Source: Marsupella aquatica
Taxonomy: Eukaryota > Plantae > Marchantiophyta
Assembly (NCBI GenBank): GCA_973895155.1
Contig: OZ316895.1
Location: 17,030,170 to 17,094,169 of the forward strand
Direction: 5' to 3'
Length of the DNA stretch: 64,000 nucleotides
Shown here piece by piece: positions 60,785-64,000 of this stretch. Below the pieces are notes generated by a model. The model had not been told where the DNA came from. It saw only the letters and a program-made list of their open reading frames with translations, and ran no database searches. The position numbers and the translations under genes were made by a program. Positions within the stretch are counted from its first letter, which is position 1. The number at the start of each line of letters is the position of its first letter.

Positions 60785-61471
60785 ATGGCGTCTCCTCCAC
60801 CTCCGGTCGCTCCTCTGTTGCAACAAGAGGCCCCGCTGAAGAGAAAGCGAGGACGGCCGAGGAAATACTCTCGCCCGGAGGACGGCCCGATTCAACTCGG
60901 CGTGGTGATCGCTACTCCGGCACAGCTGCGTCCAATTGCCCCCAAGCCAGAACAGTTCTCTTCAGGAGAAAAGCGCGGACGTGGACGACCTCCAGGTTCT
61001 GGGAAGAAGAGCAACCCGCTATTCTCCTTGCCATCGGCCAAATTAGCGATCCAATCAGCAGGCACGGGAGCAGGAGCAGCAGCCCGTGCTGCTGCAGCAG
61101 GTCATGGCTTCACCCCGCGAGTGATCACCGTTCCCGTGGGGGAGGATGTGGCAGGCAAAATCTTGGGCTTCTCGCAGCAAGGGCCCCGAGCGGTGTGCGT
61201 TATGTCTGCCAATGGCTCCATCTCGAGTGTCACACTGCGTCATGATTCGTCGTTTGGAGGAAACACGACGTACGAGGGGAAGTATGAAATCCTTTCCCTC
61301 TCAGGTTCGTTCCTGTTCAGTGATGTTGGAGGTACTCGTAGCAGGAGTGGCGGTCTGAGTGTGTCGTTAGCCGCCGCAGATGGAAAAGTGGTAGGTGGGA
61401 GCGTGTCGGGCTTGCTCGTAGCTGCCACCCCCGTGCAGATTGTGGTGGGAAGCTTCACTCCGACTGGCTAG
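60785..61471 (+). CDS. AHL: AT-hook motif nuclear-localized protein (two AT-hooks plus PPC/DUF296), clade-B/type-II-like
   Basis: AT-hooks KRKRGRPRKY and KRGRGRPPGSGKK. PPC domain FTPRVITV..GEDV..KI..FSQQGPRAVCVMSANG.IS.VTLR...YEGKYEILSLSGSF...GGLSVSLA..DGKVVGG.V.GLLVAATPVQIVVGSF. Confidence 0.93.
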   Translation: MASPPPPVAPLLQQEAPLKRKRGRPRKYSRPEDGPIQLGVVIATPAQLRPIAPKPEQFSSGEKRGRGRPPGSGKKSNPLFSLPSAKLAIQSAGTGAGAAARAAAAGHGFTPRVITVPVGEDVAGKILGFSQQGPRAVCVMSANGSISSVTLRHDSSFGGNTTYEGKYEILSLSGSFLFSDVGGTRSRSGGLSVSLAAADGKVVGGSVSGLLVAATPVQIVVGSFTPTG

Positions 61472-63689
61472 CTGCAGAGCCGCGGCGTACACTAGCGTGC
61501 CACATTACAATATCCAGCCAATCAACTGACAAATCAAGTTAATACGTAGACGGCGGGAGGTTTTCATGTGATCTGTGCAAAAGTGATGGGAGCCTGAGAT
61601 AGTCGGAGATGTTAGTCAGTGTATAGACCGAGTACACTCTCGGATCTCATCATTCTTGAAAGAGTCATAAGGCGAAGAATATGTAGAAGAGGCGTCTTTC
61701 AAATTGCGATGTGCAGGGAGAGAAATCTTTCCGGAGAGTGATGATACCTTCCGTGGGTGAAAAAAATTGAAAGGCTCGAGAGAGTCGATAGATAGACAAA
61801 GAAAGGCTCCAATCCAGAAAGGAGAGACATACACACAGGGTAGGAAGAATGATCAATTGGTTTAGAACAGGTCATCTTAACAGCAGCTCGTGTAGCTGTA
61901 CTTAGGTAAGTCAGACATCCGCGTGGCTCGGGTATGAAGAAAGCCGCATGTCAGTAGGTAGTGTATAAAAAAGGCATTCATTCATTCTACACTCCCTCGC
62001 TTGTCAACACTTGTCGGGCTGATGGATTCATAGCTCTTTCCGAGATCTCCTGTAATTATTTGTCGGGCTGACGAGAGGGAGAACATACCAGTGGCTCCAC
62101 TGCAGGAAACTGATGGCGACGTTTTTGACAGTAGTGCAAACAGTCTGTACCATGTAATTCCTTTTGGCCTAGGAAGCAAAGGAATTGTGGCCCTTAGATG
62201 TTCACCACGAATCTAATCACGAAGCGAGTGGTTGCATGCAGATCGAGGATTGTAGCTTCGTTCGTTCGCCCAAAATACCAAAGTCATCGGAATGACCACC
62301 TTTTCCAGTTTCTCAGACTTTGCGATCCGCCTTCATCACGCATCGTCAACCAAAAGCTAGGTCCTCCTCCCCTCTCTTGACGCACGAAAGATGAGAAGAT
62401 CGGAAGGCCCGGATAAATTAGGGGCTAGTGTGTAGGACCAGTCCGAATTGCGGCGGGGAGATGGATATGGTAATAAAACTTTCAAGACGAGTGAAGTCTG
62501 CGCAATTTGCTAGGGACTGATCAGGGCAAGGTTGGATTGAGTAATCTACCAAATTACAACTCCATGCCCTCGGATTAAGTCTCTACTCTCCAGGCTAGAT
62601 TCTTTCATTCTCTTCCGCCTGATTAATCGAGTCTGGACAGTCTTGACATTCTTCCCTTCCCGGGCTTTGGAATTTGGATATGAATTACGTGACCGAAGCT
62701 TTCCGAAGACATAGTCTGTCTGAAGTTCGCGACTTCGTGGCAGCAATTCCGCGGATTCGTAATTAATGTGCACAAACGTATCTGTACTTGCTTGATTGTT
62801 GTCCCCTCACGCCCGCCATAACGCACGGTATCCTCCTGCATACTTGAAAGCCGCAATCTCGTACTGTACTGCCCTACAAAAAGGAAGTAGCGCAAGTTAC
62901 GACAAACAATTCGGGGTGAAAACGCGAGGTTGAGGATATGGCCGTTGACGGAGTACAGACCCTCAAAGCCTCCCTGCTGTATGTGTATCAAGAAGGTATA
63001 CAATGACACAGACGTGATGCGGTCATTCCAAGGCTAGTACTGTACACCAGATCCCAGCGAAAGACCATAAAAGCGATATACTCAGTTGAACTGCGATTTT
63101 CAAAATGTCAAATATCTTGTCTGGTATGAAAATTACAAACTGTCGTTCTGTCGACCACTGTGCAAGCAATACGAGGCTTCCAATGTTAAGCACAACAACA
63201 CCCCGGCACTGCTTCAGGTCACGAAATAGTACGGCCATTGCCGACAGCCGGAGTAGGGAATGGACTTCGTCCCCTTTTCTGCTGACGTCGACTATCTTCA
63301 GAACGGGCGGATTGCTTCGTCACTCTCTGAATGACAACTGAACAATTTTACAGAAGAGAGTGCTACTCCTTTACATTTGTTGCTCCTGTACTTAATTAGT
63401 CTCTACAACTTCTGGCGAAGCTATTGCGGGAATAATTGAGCCGAATTGGGAATTGCTGCCGATCGCGGCACCTTCGGAGATGATCAACTCTGCGATGTGC
63501 ACCAAGATGGATTGCTGCACCTTGTAGAACTCCGATCCTCCCTGCAGACCATGCAAACGTGATGGAAAAGAAAATAGTTCAATTCGGCATCTACTGACCA
63601 ACTTGGTATGCAAATTTATTGCATCACCATGAATCACGGAACATGACTCGCTAGCCGAAATATTGTCGCCCATAGTACATTGAAAAGAT

Positions 63690-64000
63690 TCTTCTCAGTT
63701 TCCCAGCTCACTATTCAATTCACTACCTTTGGGTGGTATTCTCAGCTCATTTTCCGTTCCTTTCCTCGTTTGGCTTGAAGTACGATAGTTTTCTCAGCTC
63801 AGTCGTCAGTTATTTTCCGCCTCTGCATTATACACGCTTCTCAGCTCAATATTAAATTATTTCTTCTCCTTTGCCTTCAAGAGGTTTTCTCAGATAAGTT
63901 TTCGTTCTGTCCTCGTGGAAGTACTCTAGTTTCTCAGCTTAGTCGTCGGTTATTTCCTCCTTTGCATTTTCCATAGTTTTTCGCAGCTCAGTCTTGAGTT
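63690..64000. repeat. Degenerate array of (TT)CTCAGCT(C/T)A units, running off the window edge
   Basis: TTCTCAG recurs about every 45-50 bp. TAGTTTTCTCAGCT(C/T)AGTCGTC.GTTATTT occurs twice. Confidence 0.55.

Noticed and set aside
60523-61245. 240-aa ORF overlapping the AHL gene
   Set aside because: Alternative frame starting at GTG with low-complexity Arg/Ser content; the AHL frame explains the region.
62546-63673. Several short minus-strand ORFs at the right end
   Set aside because: No recognisable domain or consistent exon chain.

Overview
Eukaryotic land-plant genomic DNA with GT-AG introns and plant TE families. The gene and TE style suggests a bryophyte or liverwort, which is inference. 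Bases 1-14307 are the right-hand part of a decayed CACTA/En-Spm transposon: the TIR ends TAGTG at 14307 and ATCGGA subterminal arrays lie just inside it. The element carries a minus-strand transposase gene and a divergent plus-strand TnpA-like gene. The main finding is a SET-domain (lysine-methyltransferase-like) exon lying between the first transposase exon and the catalytic exons. Its splice phase would let exon 1 join either the SET exon or the transposase exons. The SET exon is split by a 4.5-kb TG...CA insertion (4188-8715) carrying a long ORF but no gag/pol, and removing that insertion restores the reading frame. Host genes are MED21, an intronless ELP5, a multi-exon SEC24, a two-exon gene of unknown function and an intronless AHL. 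The window also holds a full-length L1-type LINE with a 15-bp TSD, a LINE remnant, MITE-like elements and several tandem repeats. All calls come from reading motifs by eye; no searches were run.
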